From an uncultured Acidobacteriota bacterium (GTDB lineage: Bacteria > Acidobacteriota > Blastocatellia > RBC074), in contig CAWCKY010000006.1 in NCBI GenBank assembly GCA_963796275.1, positions 896,001 to 960,000 of the forward strand: a stretch of DNA of 64,000 nt, written 5' to 3'. The notes beneath the pieces were generated by a model. It searched no databases and had not been told where the DNA came from. It saw only the letters and a list, made by a program, of their open reading frames with translations. Shown piece after piece: positions 10,546 through 21,400 of the stretch (position 1 is the stretch's first letter; each line of letters opens with the position of its first letter). The position numbers were made by a program, and so were the translations under genes.

Positions 10546-11370
10546 ATGAAAGTATTGATCGCCGGCGCGGGAGGACAACTCGGCCGCTCATTGTATGCAG
10601 CATTGGCGGACCACGAGATAACCGCACTCACCCGCGCTCAACTCGACGTCGCAGGATTGCGCGATGTCGTTGAAGCGATTGCGGCCCATCGACCCGATAT
10701 CGTTATCAATGCTGCCGCCTATACCAACGTTGATGGCGCCCAAACGGAGAAGGAACAGGCGTATATCTGCAACGCCCTCGGTCCGCGAAATCTCGCTCTT
10801 GCAACTGCCGGTCAAAACATCCCTCTCTTGCACGTCTCGACCGATTACGTTTTCGATGGGGGGAGGGAAAGGCCGTACCACGAATTCGATAAAACGAACC
10901 CTCTCTCGGTTTATGGCGAAAGCAAGCTCGCCGGCGAGGTGGCCATAGCCACTTGCAATCCGCGTCATTACATCGTACGCACCGCCTGGCTTTATAGCCC
11001 GATGGGCAAGAATTTTCCGGGGACTATGCTCTCGTTCTCCTCACGCGATGAAGTGCGTGTGGTGAGCGATCAGTACGGGTCGCCCACTTATGCGCCGCAC
11101 CTCGCCGACGCCATTGCCAAGCTGATAGCGACCGGGGCGTACGGGATATATCATCTCGCCGGCAATGGCGGTACGAGCTGGTATGAGTTGACGCTCAAGT
11201 TGTATCAGCACTGCGGTATTGGTACGCGAGTCAAACCGGTATCGACATCGGAGTTTCCTCGACCCGCCGTGCGACCGCGTTATTCAGTTTTGACCTCGAT
11301 TCAGGACCCTCGAATTCTGCTGCCATCCTGGGAGTACGGGCTGTTAGAGTTCAGCAAGAAGGTGAACTAG
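10546..11370 (+). CDS. rfbD: dTDP-4-dehydrorhamnose reductase
   Basis: GAGGQLG, NAAAYTNVD, STDYVFDG, YGESK, DQYGSPT and RP.YSVL motifs; GAGG RBS before ATG 10546. Confidence 0.93.
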   Translation: MKVLIAGAGGQLGRSLYAALADHEITALTRAQLDVAGLRDVVEAIAAHRPDIVINAAAYTNVDGAQTEKEQAYICNALGPRNLALATAGQNIPLLHVSTDYVFDGGRERPYHEFDKTNPLSVYGESKLAGEVAIATCNPRHYIVRTAWLYSPMGKNFPGTMLSFSSRDEVRVVSDQYGSPTYAPHLADAIAKLIATGAYGIYHLAGNGGTSWYELTLKLYQHCGIGTRVKPVSTSEFPRPAVRPRYSVLTSIQDPRILLPSWEYGLLEFSKKVN

Positions 11371-11434
11371 TAGAGCTCACCACAAAAAGCCCCGAAAATC
11401 ACAATGGCTTGATTGGCTAATATTGCTATTGCTA

Positions 11435-12385
11435 TTACTGTTGCTGCTGTTGTTGTTGTTGATAATCCACTTCATTTATCGGCGGGCCGACCCAGGTTGT
11501 CACCGGTAGCAATTCATCTTTGAACGTTGGCGCTTCGGTAGTCGTGACCTGCACCCCGACGCTCAACTCGCTCAGCGCCAACCCTCTGAAAATGCCGCGA
11601 GTCGGCGGCACATCTCTATAATCGCGGCCGATGGCGGTGCGAATATGTCTCTCGCCGGCGATCAGGTTGTTGGTCGGATCGAACCCGATCCAGCCCAGTT
11701 CGGGCAGATAGGCTTCGACCCAGGCGTGAGTCGCATTGGCCTCGGAACGATCGTGACTTTCGGTTTGGTGATATAGGTAACCGCTCACGTAGCGGCAGGG
11801 AATACGCAATTCACGCACGAGAGCAATCATTATGTGCGCAAAATCCTGGCAAACCCCTTTGCGCACAGCCAGCGCATGGTCGATCGGGGAGTCTACGGAA
11901 GTCGATTGCGGTGAATAATCAAAAGTTCGATAAATCATAGAATTGATTTCGCGCAGTAGACTTAAGGCGTCTCCGCGCCGTTCGATCTTCAGATCGCTTT
12001 TCAACTGCAAGAGCATGTGGCTTCTTTCAGCATACCTGCTCGGTTGTAAATAATCCCAGTGTTCATCGGAATTGCCGATCGCATCGATCGCATCCCACAC
12101 TTCTTCGCTCAAGGCCTCGGGCAGCGGCGCGATGGGAGACGCCTCGATCGTCGCTTCCGCCGTTATCTTCAATTGCGAGTGGCGGGCCGGGATGTCGAAG
12201 TGATGGACGATGTTACCGGTATAATCGCGGTAACCCTGAATGCGCGCGCGCGGTTGCGTGGTCAATTCAAATTTCAAGCAGCGTTGATGTCCCTCGCTGC
12301 GTGGCTGCATTCGCACCTCTAAGACGCTCTCGGTAATCGGAGCGCTGTAGACGAATCGTGTGATGTGGCGAAGTGAATAGAACAT
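11435..12385 (-). CDS. Transglutaminase-like family protein with bacterial transglutaminase N-terminal domain and C-terminal poly-Gln
   Basis: H.TRF.Y N-domain, GVCQDFAH (Cys), RYVSGY, HAWVE (His), GFDPTN (Asp), GRDY.DV.P.RG; ends in QQQQQQQQ. Confidence 0.92.
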   Translation of the reverse strand: MFYSLRHITRFVYSAPITESVLEVRMQPRSEGHQRCLKFELTTQPRARIQGYRDYTGNIVHHFDIPARHSQLKITAEATIEASPIAPLPEALSEEVWDAIDAIGNSDEHWDYLQPSRYAERSHMLLQLKSDLKIERRGDALSLLREINSMIYRTFDYSPQSTSVDSPIDHALAVRKGVCQDFAHIMIALVRELRIPCRYVSGYLYHQTESHDRSEANATHAWVEAYLPELGWIGFDPTNNLIAGERHIRTAIGRDYRDVPPTRGIFRGLALSELSVGVQVTTTEAPTFKDELLPVTTWVGPPINEVDYQQQQQQQQ

Positions 12386-12415
12386 ATTGTTCGGGCGCCC
12401 GGCTTGGGGAATCAA

Positions 12416-13370
12416 TTACGATCCCAATGCCGTTTCAATAGGATAATTTATATATTGCTGATTTACTGCCGTGTGAATCAGCGCGCATTGGCGATGGATA
12501 TTGTCGAGAAAGGCATGGACATTATCTGCCATGATCTCATCGATATGCGCGTAATCGAGAGTCGCGCGCAATCGACCTGCCAATCTCTCCGCCCTGCCCA
12601 ACTTGGTCGATCCGGTGATCTTGGCCAGCGTCTGAAGGGAATTCTGTATCGAGCCCGCGGCAAAACGAACCGAACGAGGAAGCTCGGGGTTGAGTAACAG
12701 AAACTCGGTGATCCGTTCGGGTTGCAAATCCGCCGTATATGCCTGGCAATAAGACTCGAATGACGTGCAGGATTTGAGCAGTGCGATCCACGAGATATAG
12801 TCCATAACTCCCGCAACCTGATGATCAGGGTTGAGCAAAACTCTTAAATTGGCATCGAGCAGCGTCGCGGTCGTGCTCGCGCGTTCGATGAACCGTCCGA
12901 GTTGGATGAAATGCCACCCTTCGCCATGGCTCATTATCGAATCCGTGAGACCCTGAAAAAGGTGAGAACCTTCCTTGATCGGATCGTAGAATTCGTGAGG
13001 CTGTGCGTAGATGTCGTCGATGCGGGCGCGGCGAGCAGTCAGATAAAGCTGATTGAGTTGCTCCCACATCTCGGACCTGATTCGTTCGCGGGATCTGGCG
13101 CGCATTCTCGCGCGCCGCCGTAATGCAGGCGATGATTGAATTCTTGTTCTCCAAATCGAAGGTCAGATGTTGCGTGAGACTGTAGGCATCCAGATTGCCG
13201 GGCGCGGCCGCGCGCAGGCTCGCCAGCACCAGTTGCCAGCGCTGGCTGGCGGATTCCGGCGATTGATCGAGCGTGAGATTGAGATTCAGGTCGATCAGCC
13301 TGGCCGTATGTTCGGCCCGCTCCAGGTAACGGCTCATCCAGTAAAGACTGTCAGCAACTCTCGATAGCAT
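12416..13370 (-). CDS. Alpha-E domain protein (ER-motif alpha-helical); one frameshift near 13090
   Basis: MLSRVADSLYWMSRYLERAE...ARENARQI in one frame continues as RERIRSEMWE...GRFIERA...PRSVRF in another. Removing one C from ATCCCGC restores a continuous protein of about 317 aa. Confidence 0.85.
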
Positions 13371-13392
13371 GAATTAAGCGATAGCCCGATAC

Positions 13393-13503
13393 ATTTGACA
13401 TTTAACATTTGTAATTCGACATTTTACATTGAACTATGGCACCGAACTATGGCACCGGATTTCAATGTAAAATTTCAAATTACAAATGTTAAATGTCAAA
13501 TGT
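13393..13503. repeat. Inverted array of degenerate heptamers (TTTGACA/TTTAACA type) with a 13-bp tandem duplication in the loop
   Basis: ATTTGACATTTAACATTTGTAATTCGACATTTTACATTGAA ... TTCAATGTAAAATTTCAAATTACAAATGTTAAATGTCAAAT; loop contains GAACTATGGCACC twice (13431-13456). Confidence 0.85.
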
Positions 13504-13566
13504 TTGAGAACTACAGAATGAAAACCGGCTGCAAAAGCCGAAATTGCATAGACCATATACTCCAAT

Positions 13567-15039
13567 TCAAAAGAGAACCCAGGTATCCTTACTTCCGCCT
13601 CCCTGAGATGAATTGACGACGAGGGAGCCGCGGCGCAGGGCGACGCGCGTCAAACCGCCCGGTACGATTCTCACCTGCTCGCCATAGAGGATATAAGGCC
13701 GAAGGTCGATGTGACGCGCTTCAACCTGGCCTTCGATAAAACACGGGGCGCGCGACAGCGCCAGCGTCGGTTGCGCGATGTAATTGCGCGGATCGACCAG
13801 TATCCGTCCCTTGAACTCCTCGCGCTCTTCGGCCGTGCTGTGCGGCCCGATCAACATGCCATATCCGCCCGATTCTCCCACGGCTTTGACGACCAGCTTG
13901 TCCAGGTTTTCGAAGACGTGACTCCGCTGCTTTGCGTCGCTCAGCAGATAGGTTTCAACGTTTGCCAGGATCGGATCTTCATCGAGGTAATACTTGACGA
14001 TTGCGGGCACATAAGCATAAAGCGCCTTGTCATCGGCGATTCCCGTACCGATCGCATTGGCGAGCGCGATGTTTCCCGCTCGATAGGCGTTGAACAATCC
14101 TCCGACTCCCAGAGTCGAGTCGGGCCTGAATGCCAGGGGATCGAGGAAGTCGTCGTCTACGCGACGGTAGATCACATCCACACGGCGAACGCCCGCTGTC
14201 GTCCGCATGTAGACAATATTGTCATGCACCAGCAGATCGCGGCCTTCGACGAGCTCTATCCCCATCTGGCGTGCCAGAAATGTATGTTCGTAATAAGCCG
14301 AATTGTAGACGCCCGGCGTCAGCAGAACGATTGTCGGATCAGGGCGATTGGGAGGAGCGAGCGCGCGAAGAGTGGCAAGCAACGCCTGTGGGTAATGGTC
14401 GATGGGTTGCACGTTATAGCTTTCGAAAACCCCCGGAAAGACTTTTTTCATCACCTGCCGGTTGGCGAGCATGTACGACACGCCGCTCGGCACTCGCAGG
14501 TTGTCTTCCAGCACGACGAATTGCCCCTCATTGACCCGCACGAGGTCGGTGCCGACCACTGAAACATAGATGTCGCGGCGCACTCGAATTCCGCGCATCT
14601 CGCGGCGATAGTGCTTACAACTGTAGACCAATTCGCGCGGGACGACTCCGTCATTCAAAATCTTGCCGTCGTGATAAATATCCTTCAGAAACAGATTGAG
14701 CGCAGTGATCCGTTGCGTCAGCCCTTTTTCAAGCGTCGCCCACTCATCAGAAGTGATGATGCGGGGCAGGAGATCGTAGGGGAATATGCGTTCAGTCCCA
14801 TCGTCGCTCCCGTAAACGGTGAAGGTGATCCCCTGGTTGAGAAATGCTATATCCGCGGTCTGCTGCCGCCCTTTCAATTCAGCCGCAGGAAGTTGGAGCA
14901 GACGCTGATAGAGCGACCTGTACTGAGGCCTCGGCTTTCCCGCCTGATCGAACATCTCGTCATAAGTCATGTCGAGATGATAGTTGGCGAACGGAAGAGA
15001 TTTAGATATATCGGTTCCTGTTGTGTGATTCAGCGCCAT
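13567..15039 (-). CDS. Circularly permuted type 2 ATP-grasp protein
   Basis: [85 protein letters not shown]. Confidence 0.95.
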   Translation of the reverse strand: MALNHTTGTDISKSLPFANYHLDMTYDEMFDQAGKPRPQYRSLYQRLLQLPAAELKGRQQTADIAFLNQGITFTVYGSDDGTERIFPYDLLPRIITSDEWATLEKGLTQRITALNLFLKDIYHDGKILNDGVVPRELVYSCKHYRREMRGIRVRRDIYVSVVGTDLVRVNEGQFVVLEDNLRVPSGVSYMLANRQVMKKVFPGVFESYNVQPIDHYPQALLATLRALAPPNRPDPTIVLLTPGVYNSAYYEHTFLARQMGIELVEGRDLLVHDNIVYMRTTAGVRRVDVIYRRVDDDFLDPLAFRPDSTLGVGGLFNAYRAGNIALANAIGTGIADDKALYAYVPAIVKYYLDEDPILANVETYLLSDAKQRSHVFENLDKLVVKAVGESGGYGMLIGPHSTAEEREEFKGRILVDPRNYIAQPTLALSRAPCFIEGQVEARHIDLRPYILYGEQVRIVPGGLTRVALRRGSLVVNSSQGGGSKDTWVLF

Positions 15040-15250
15040 ATGTGACCAAATGATAAGTGGCGCTCTGTTGATGGATTTTGTTCGGTAATTGATTAAACGG
15101 CGCCCTTAACTTTATTTAGAGCTCCTGTGCCGCCATACAAATGTGAATCTACCATCTTGAATGGAATTTCGGCAATTCAAAATTGCCGCAAATAGCAACA
15201 AGAATGGAATAAAGAACAATTGGCGATCTTTCTGATTTTCTGCATTCAGC

Positions 15251-16111
15251 TTACAGGCCTGCAAGGTTCGCTTGGATTTTACGATAGCCCTGCTCATCCG
15301 CCCAGAGATCGAGCGGTATGGCCGCCAGCTCATCGACTGGCGGGACGGGGCGCGCGTCCTTCGTCAGATCGATCGACTTGAGATAGCGCAAGCATGTGTC
15401 GCAGCATTCGACACGCATGCCTGGAATGTCCTGTGCGGTGTAGTAAGGGAGCTTGTGCGGATCGACTTCCAGGCAGGATGGGCACGCGATGCGTTGAAAG
15501 GGCCAGATGGTGAAGCAATCGCCGCACATCAGGAAGCGGCGCCCTCCCTCAGCATTTCCTTCAACAAGACCGGGAACGGAGACGTCTGCGGAAAGGAAAG
15601 CGAGTTGTGGATTGCGCCCGCAGAACGGGCAGAACCGGTCGGCTTGCGCTCCGTCGAGCGTGGCTCGGCGCGCAGCGGCGATAGCATTGATCATCGAGTC
15701 GAAAGGCGGCGTTTGCTCGCGCGCGAGCAGTTCGAGATATGGCTGTAGACACGCGCGGGCGAAAAAATTCTCCTCGGGCGCGGACTCACCATTCCAATAG
15801 GCGGCGAGCGCCTCGCGCCAGCTATCCCGCTCAGCCGCCGCTTCGCCCGCCTGCTCCGCAAGCTTTTGTGAACCTCGCTCACCGATCAGCTCGAGCAGCG
15901 CCCCGAAGTGCTCTAGCAGGATGGGATGGTCGCTTTCGAATGCGCCGGTCAACGGCTGCTGTCGCGATCGGCTCGCGAGAGAGTCGAAGGCGCTTCGTTG
16001 CCACTGAAGTATATCTGTGTAAAAGGTCAGAATCTGCCTGGCATACCCCAAACTGGAAGCCAAAAGCCGCGCGCGGTCGATACGTTCTTCCCAGGAATAT
16101 TTTGCGATCAT
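15251..16111 (-). CDS. fdhE: Formate dehydrogenase accessory protein FdhE
   Basis: CPFCG, C..C...W...R..CP.C, E.C..C..YLK, DELA..PLD motifs; last gene of the fdh operon. Confidence 0.88.
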   Translation of the reverse strand: MIAKYSWEERIDRARLLASSLGYARQILTFYTDILQWQRSAFDSLASRSRQQPLTGAFESDHPILLEHFGALLELIGERGSQKLAEQAGEAAAERDSWREALAAYWNGESAPEENFFARACLQPYLELLAREQTPPFDSMINAIAAARRATLDGAQADRFCPFCGRNPQLAFLSADVSVPGLVEGNAEGGRRFLMCGDCFTIWPFQRIACPSCLEVDPHKLPYYTAQDIPGMRVECCDTCLRYLKSIDLTKDARPVPPVDELAAIPLDLWADEQGYRKIQANLAGL

Positions 16112-16140
16112 ACTGCTCTGCGGCAGCCGCTATCGCGGCC

Positions 16141-16872
16141 TTATTTTTTCTTTATCGAAGTACTTATTCGCTCTTCCCCGTTCACCTCACGGTACCATCG
16201 CGGATGGTGCCATCGAGCCCAGGCTCTGGTCACCGTCCCGCGCGTCATTGCGCGCAGTGTTCCGGGCATTGCGGCGGTCGACATATAGATGTGATAGATG
16301 ACGCCTACCACGAAACAGATGAAGGTGATTTCGTGGACCCAGAATGCCACCGTCCGTGCATACCAGGGGAAGGTTGTCGGGAACCACATCACAACGCCGG
16401 AGGCGAGCAGGGCCAGGGCCCCCAGCACCACCGACCAGAAGAAGGACTTCTGGCCGGCATTGTATTTGCTCACCTCTTTGAGCTCAGTCTCGTATCTCAT
16501 ATAGGCGCCGATATTTTTGCGCCATTCCTGATCCCCGGGCTCGCTCCTCATCCGCGCGCGCCAATGGCCGAACAGAAATACCACGCTGATGGAGAAGCCG
16601 AGCGAGAACCACGGGTGCAGAAAGCGCGCCATCGCGCCGCCTCCGAATATTCCCGCCAGCCCGGCAAAATAGGGCGTATAGATGACGAAGCCGGTGGCCA
16701 TTGCCAGGAAGAAGAAGAGCGCCAGCGTCCAGTGGGTGAGGCGCACCGCGGCCTTGTGGCGGACGATCAAATCATCACTGGCCAGGACATCTTCCTGTTT
16801 CCGCGCAATCGCGGCGACCTTTGACTGTGTCATTGGTTCTGCTGCCGTGTGGATCATCGGTTGACTTTTCAT
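16141..16872 (-). CDS. fdoI: Formate dehydrogenase gamma subunit (cytochrome b556)
   Basis: R..HW, R..HP, KYNAGQK, H.Y, G...AM..G.V...WA..HHPRWY; ATGA overlap with the beta subunit gene. Confidence 0.9.
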   Translation of the reverse strand: MKSQPMIHTAAEPMTQSKVAAIARKQEDVLASDDLIVRHKAAVRLTHWTLALFFFLAMATGFVIYTPYFAGLAGIFGGGAMARFLHPWFSLGFSISVVFLFGHWRARMRSEPGDQEWRKNIGAYMRYETELKEVSKYNAGQKSFFWSVVLGALALLASGVVMWFPTTFPWYARTVAFWVHEITFICFVVGVIYHIYMSTAAMPGTLRAMTRGTVTRAWARWHHPRWYREVNGEERISTSIKKK

Positions 16873-17777
16873 GTGCTCACCTCGTTCTCAACTTCATTAT
16901 TCTCAGGTGCCTCGTTGCGACCGAAGCGTAGAAAATGAAAGACAGTGCCGGCGAGTGCTCCGACCATTGCCAGCGAGCCGAGAGGTTTAATGACTTTCTT
17001 CCAGATGGTGAGGGTGCGCGGCACCGTCGGGTCTTTCGGCAGGCCGTAGAGTTCGGGTTTATCGGCAAGCTCCAGCACGTAGATCACGCCCGTCCCGCCG
17101 ACTCCGGGTGGATCGTAAATTCCCGCATTGGCTTTGCCATTGGCTTTCAATTGATCTACGCGATGATTGGCTATCTGAACGAGCTGGTCCTTTGTCCCGA
17201 ATTGCAGGCAGCCGGTCGGACACGCCTTGATGCAGGCGGGCTCGAGGCCATAGGAAATGCGATCGGAACATAGCGTGCACTTGTAGACCTTCTTGGTCCG
17301 TTTGTTCAGCCGCGGAATATCGAACGGACAACCCGTCACACAATACTCACAGCCGATACAGTGCTCCTGCTGAAAATCGACAATGCCGTTGGCATACTGC
17401 ACGATTGCCCCGGGCGACGGGCACGCCTCCAAACACCCCGGTTCGGCGCAATGCTGGCACTGATCTTTGGCCATCAGCCAGTGCATAATCTCGCTGCCAT
17501 CGGAGTCCTGCTCAACGTGCTCATTGAAGCGGATCAAGTTCCAGAAGTTGGAGGATAGATCGGGCTGGGTTTGATATGAGCCGAACTCGACCTGCACCGG
17601 CTCGGCCGCCTCGTCTATACCAATGAGGTCATTCCACTCCTGGCAGGCAACCTCACAGGCCTTGCATCCGATACATGTCGTCGTATCGATGAGCTTGGCT
17701 ACCTGCGGCGCCGCACGCACACCGGTGGCTGGTGAGGGGCTCGCGGAGATGCGTCTGAGTTCCATGTTAGTTGGCAT
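16869..17777 (-). CDS. fdxH: Formate dehydrogenase beta (iron-sulfur) subunit
   Basis: AKLIDTTTCIGCKACEVAC, CQHC..PGC..ACP, CIGC.YC..GCPF, KCTLC.DR.....EPAC.K.CP, C-terminal TM helix. Confidence 0.95.
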   Translation of the reverse strand: MPTNMELRRISASPSPATGVRAAPQVAKLIDTTTCIGCKACEVACQEWNDLIGIDEAAEPVQVEFGSYQTQPDLSSNFWNLIRFNEHVEQDSDGSEIMHWLMAKDQCQHCAEPGCLEACPSPGAIVQYANGIVDFQQEHCIGCEYCVTGCPFDIPRLNKRTKKVYKCTLCSDRISYGLEPACIKACPTGCLQFGTKDQLVQIANHRVDQLKANGKANAGIYDPPGVGGTGVIYVLELADKPELYGLPKDPTVPRTLTIWKKVIKPLGSLAMVGALAGTVFHFLRFGRNEAPENNEVENEVST

Positions 17778-17789
17778 ATACCCTCAAAT

Positions 17790-17892
17790 AGTTTTTCAGT
17801 TTTCAGTTTTCAGTTTTTAGTTTTCAGCTCGCAGGGTAAATCGGACTTTGAACAGCGAACTAAAAACCGAAAATTGAAAACTGAAAACTGTT
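17790..17892. repeat. Inverted TTTTCAG/CTGAAAA heptamer arrays between fdnG and fdxH
   Basis: About five TTTTCAG-like units, a spacer, then about four CTGAAAA-like units. Confidence 0.85.
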
Positions 17893-17893
17893 T

Positions 17894-20800
17894 TTACACT
17901 TTCTCCAGGTTGACAAGGAACGCTTTGTACTCGGGTGTTGATGAGTTTGGATCGAGCGCTGTCGGCGTCAACGTATTGGCCAGTGGGCCGGCCGACTTGC
18001 CGGCGAAGCCCCAGTGGATCGGGAATCCGATCTGCCAGACCGTCTGGCCATTTACCTTGAGCGCCTTCATTCGCTTGGTCACCATCGCTTTGCCTTCAAT
18101 CGCGCCGCGCGCTGACCTGATTCGCACCCGGTCTCCGCTCTTGATACTTTTCTCCTGCGCCAGCCCTTCGGGAATTTCGACAAAGAACTCCGGCTGCAAT
18201 TGATTGAGGATGTTCTGGTGCTTGGTCCAGTAATGAAAATGCTCGGTCAGACGATAGGTCGTACAGACAATCGGGAACTGCTCCTTCTTGCCATACAGAT
18301 CTTTGTCGGTATCGAATAATAATGTCACCGGATTCGAACTGACTTCAGGATGCAGGGGATTGTCCACCGGGGCTTCATAGGCCTCGTAGTGTTCGGGGAG
18401 CGGACCGTCGTTCATGTCTACGGCATAGAGTTTAGCCACGCCCTCGGCATTCATAATGAATGGCCCGATACCCTCTTCCGGTTTGGAATCGGGGCGGATG
18501 TCGGGTACATCGCCGACCCACCGCTCGCCGTTCCAGGCCAGTGCGGCGCGTTTCGGGTCCCAGGGATTGCCATCCGGGTCTGCGCTTGCGCGGTTATATA
18601 GCACGCGGCGATTGGCCGGCCAGTTCCAGGCCCAGTTGTGGTAATAACCCAGCCCGCTGGTATCGACGGGATTGCGCCGCTGCGCCAAATTCCCCGCTTC
18701 GGTGAAGTACCCCGAATGTATCCAGTTCCCGCACATCGTCTTTCCGTCGGCGCGCAGGGCGGCGAAGCCGGGCACTTGCTGTCCTTTCTTATACTCCGTC
18801 CCGGTCTTCTCATCCTTGAAGTCTTCGAGCACCTTCCCGTTTATCTCGCGGGCGACTTCCTCCAGATTGGGATTCGCCGGATCGGTATAATTCCACGACA
18901 TATTGAGCACGGGCTCGGGAAGCTTGCCGCCGTCTTTCGCATAGAGTTCTTTCAACCTCAATGCTAGGCGCGCGATGATCTCCTGGTCGGCTTTGGCCGC
19001 GCCGGGCGGGTCGATCGCTTTCCACTTCCACTGCAGCCAGCGGGCGGAGTTGGTGAAGGTGCCATCCTTCTCGGCGAAGTTGGCCGCCGGCGGCATGAAG
19101 ACCTCGGTCTTGATCTCTTTCGTATCCGGTCCTTCGTACTCCTTCGGCGATTTCCAGAATGTCGCGGTCTCGGTTTCGAAATTTTCGGCTACCACCAGCC
19201 AGTCGAGCCGGGCTAGCGCCTGGATCATCTTCTTCGAATGGGGACCGTTGCCCACCGGGTTCATGCCGAATGTGACGAGGCCCTTGACGGTGCCGCGATA
19301 TGCATTGTCGTATATGTAAGCCCACGAGTAATCGCGGTCCATCTTCGGCAACCAATCGTAGCCGTAACTGTTCTCCGGAGTGGCCGCCTTCCCGAAGAAA
19401 GCTTTAAGGAGCGAGACCATGAACTTATCGGTGTTCTCCCAATAGTTCATCGAGTTGGGGCGCAGCTTCTTGGGCGTGGTGGCTTCGATATAATCTCTCA
19501 AGGTCTGATGCGCGGGCTGTGGCACCTTGAGATAGCCGGGCAGCGTGTGCGTCTGGTTCATATCGGTCGCGCCCTGAATGTTCGAATGGCCGCGCAGCGC
19601 GTTGACGCCGCCGCCGGGCATGCCGATATTGCCGAGCAGTAACTGCAATGAGGCGGCCGCGCGAATGTTCTGCACGGCCGACGAATGATGCGTCCAGCCC
19701 AGCGCGTACAACATTGTCCCAACTCTGTTCTGCGGAAAAGTCGAACTGATCATCTCGGCGGCTTTCAGGAACTGTTCCTTCGTGCAGCCGCAGATGTTGG
19801 CCACCATCTCCGGCGTGTAACGCGAGTAGTGGCGTTTCATCAGCTGGTAAACAGTGCGCGGGTCTTCAAGAGTCATATCGACCCGGGCATAACCATCCGG
19901 GCCGAGCTCATATCCCCACGACGATTTATCATATTTTCGGGTTTTCTCGTCGAAGCCGGAGAACAGACCGCCATTATCTCCCGGCATTTTGAAGCCCTCT
20001 TTGACGATGAAGGGGGCGTTGGTGAAGTTGGCGACGTATTTACGCTGGATGCGATCGTTGGCGAACATGTAGTTGATCACGCCCGCCAGGAAAGCTACAT
20101 CGGTACCGGCGCGTATGGGAACATAGAGGTCGGCGACTGCCGCGGTGCGGTTGAAACGCGGGTCTATACAGATGAGTTTGGCATTGCGCGTCTTTTTGGC
20201 CTCGATTGCCCACTTGAAGCCGCACGGATGGTTCTCCGCCGGATTGCCGCCCATGACCAGGATTACGTCGGTGTTCTTTATATCGACCCAGTTGTTGGTC
20301 ATTGCCCCGCGACCGAAGGTGGCGCCCAGACTGGACACCGTGGGGCCATGTCAAAGGCGGGCCTGGTTGTCGGTGTGCACGACCCCCAGCGTGCGCGTCC
20401 ATTTGGTCAGCAGATAGTTGACTTCGTTGTTATCAGTGCAACCGCCCACGATCGCGATGCCCGGACACTGATTGAGAGTCTGCCCGGCCGCGTTCTTCTC
20501 GATAAAGCTATCATCGCGCGTCTTCTTCATCCGCAGCGCGATCTCATTGAACATCCACTCCCAGCTCCTCTCTTCCCATTTGTCGGAACCAGGGGCGCGG
20601 TAGAGCGGGCGTGTCAATCGATCTTTGCTCAGGATATCGTGTTTTAGCGTGATGCCCTTGGGACAGAGCGTGCCCCGGTTGATCGGATGATCGGGGTCCC
20701 CTTCCACGTGGACGACGGTGGTGCCCGTGACGTTTTTGGCCTTGTCGCCGAGCGTGTGAATTATCACGCCGCAGCTTACTGCGCAATAGGGGCAGGTCGA

Positions 20801-20935
20801 GCGCGTCTCGGTGGTGCGCGCTATCTTAAGCTCGCGTACCGCAGCGTAAACGGGGGTGAGGTCAAAGCCGAATGCCGTAACTCCAACGCCGCCGGACACG
20901 GCTACTTTGAGAAAGTTTCTGCGCGAAACAGCCAT
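17894..20935 (-). CDS. fdnG: Formate dehydrogenase-N/O alpha subunit, selenocysteine-containing, Tat-exported (1013 aa)
   Basis: SRRNFLK Tat motif, CPYCAVSC...LCPKG, then NQARL-TGA-HGPTVSSLG.TFGRGAMTN in one frame; this matches the Sec site of E. coli FdnG/FdoG. It joins track ORFs 20351..20935 and 17894..20338. Confidence 0.95.
20318..20353 (-). promoter_or_regulatory. Bacterial SECIS element following the Sec UGA codon
   Basis: UGA at 20353-20351 followed by CAUGGCCCCAC GGUGUCC-AGUCU-GGGCGCC: a stem-loop starting about 11 nt downstream with G in the apical loop. Confidence 0.8.
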
Positions 20936-21066
20936 AAACCATTTTCTCCTTTTCGACTGCTGAGTAGGTCTCTAAATCGCATGGAAAAGCTGATCAAGCG
21001 CTATCGGTTCTTTTTCTTTTTTCTTTTATTTGCAGTGAGTAATGACGCCAACACGGGAGATGGCGA

Positions 21067-21095
21067 ATTATGGCCCGCGCGGTTTAAGGTGTCAA
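21067..21095 (-). promoter_or_regulatory. Sigma70-type promoter for the fdh operon
   Basis: TTGACA-17 bp-CATAAT on the minus strand, about 130 bp upstream of fdnG. Confidence 0.7.
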
Positions 21096-21400
21096 CTGCG
21101 AAATCGCTAACGTCCGTCAAGATGACGATCGATAGAAAATCCGGCGATGGCGCATTTCACCCGCAAAAACCTGATGAGTGAGCTTCCAAGCATGCATCGT
21201 CGCGGCGACGAGAGAGATACTGATATCTGCCTGTTTCTCTCGGAACGCTATGAGGGCCATAGGTGGAATCTGGCGGCAGATAGAATGAAGACAAAACCCG
21301 CCTGCAAGCCAGATTCCTGATGAAAGTATGAGTTGGCTTTCGCAACCTGGAAGCAATTGTGGCGAATCGCGCCATGGTTTGCTGCAAGTCAAAACGGCGC

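Noticed and set aside
10546-11370. Polysaccharide biosynthesis locus around rfbD
   Set aside because: rfbD stands alone; no rfbABC or glycosyltransferases nearby.
11435-15039. ATP-grasp operon as a RiPP (graspetide) cluster
   Set aside because: The enzyme is the circularly permuted type 2 family, not RimK/MvdD-like, and no precursor peptide is visible.
15739-20647. Long plus-strand ORFs (15739..16824, 19685..20647 and others)
   Set aside because: Antisense to the fdh operon; no motifs; typical of GC-rich codon bias.
20936-21066. Moco/Tuco riboswitch in the fdnG leader
   Set aside because: The leader is A-rich and I see none of the conserved stems; a cmscan run would be decisive.
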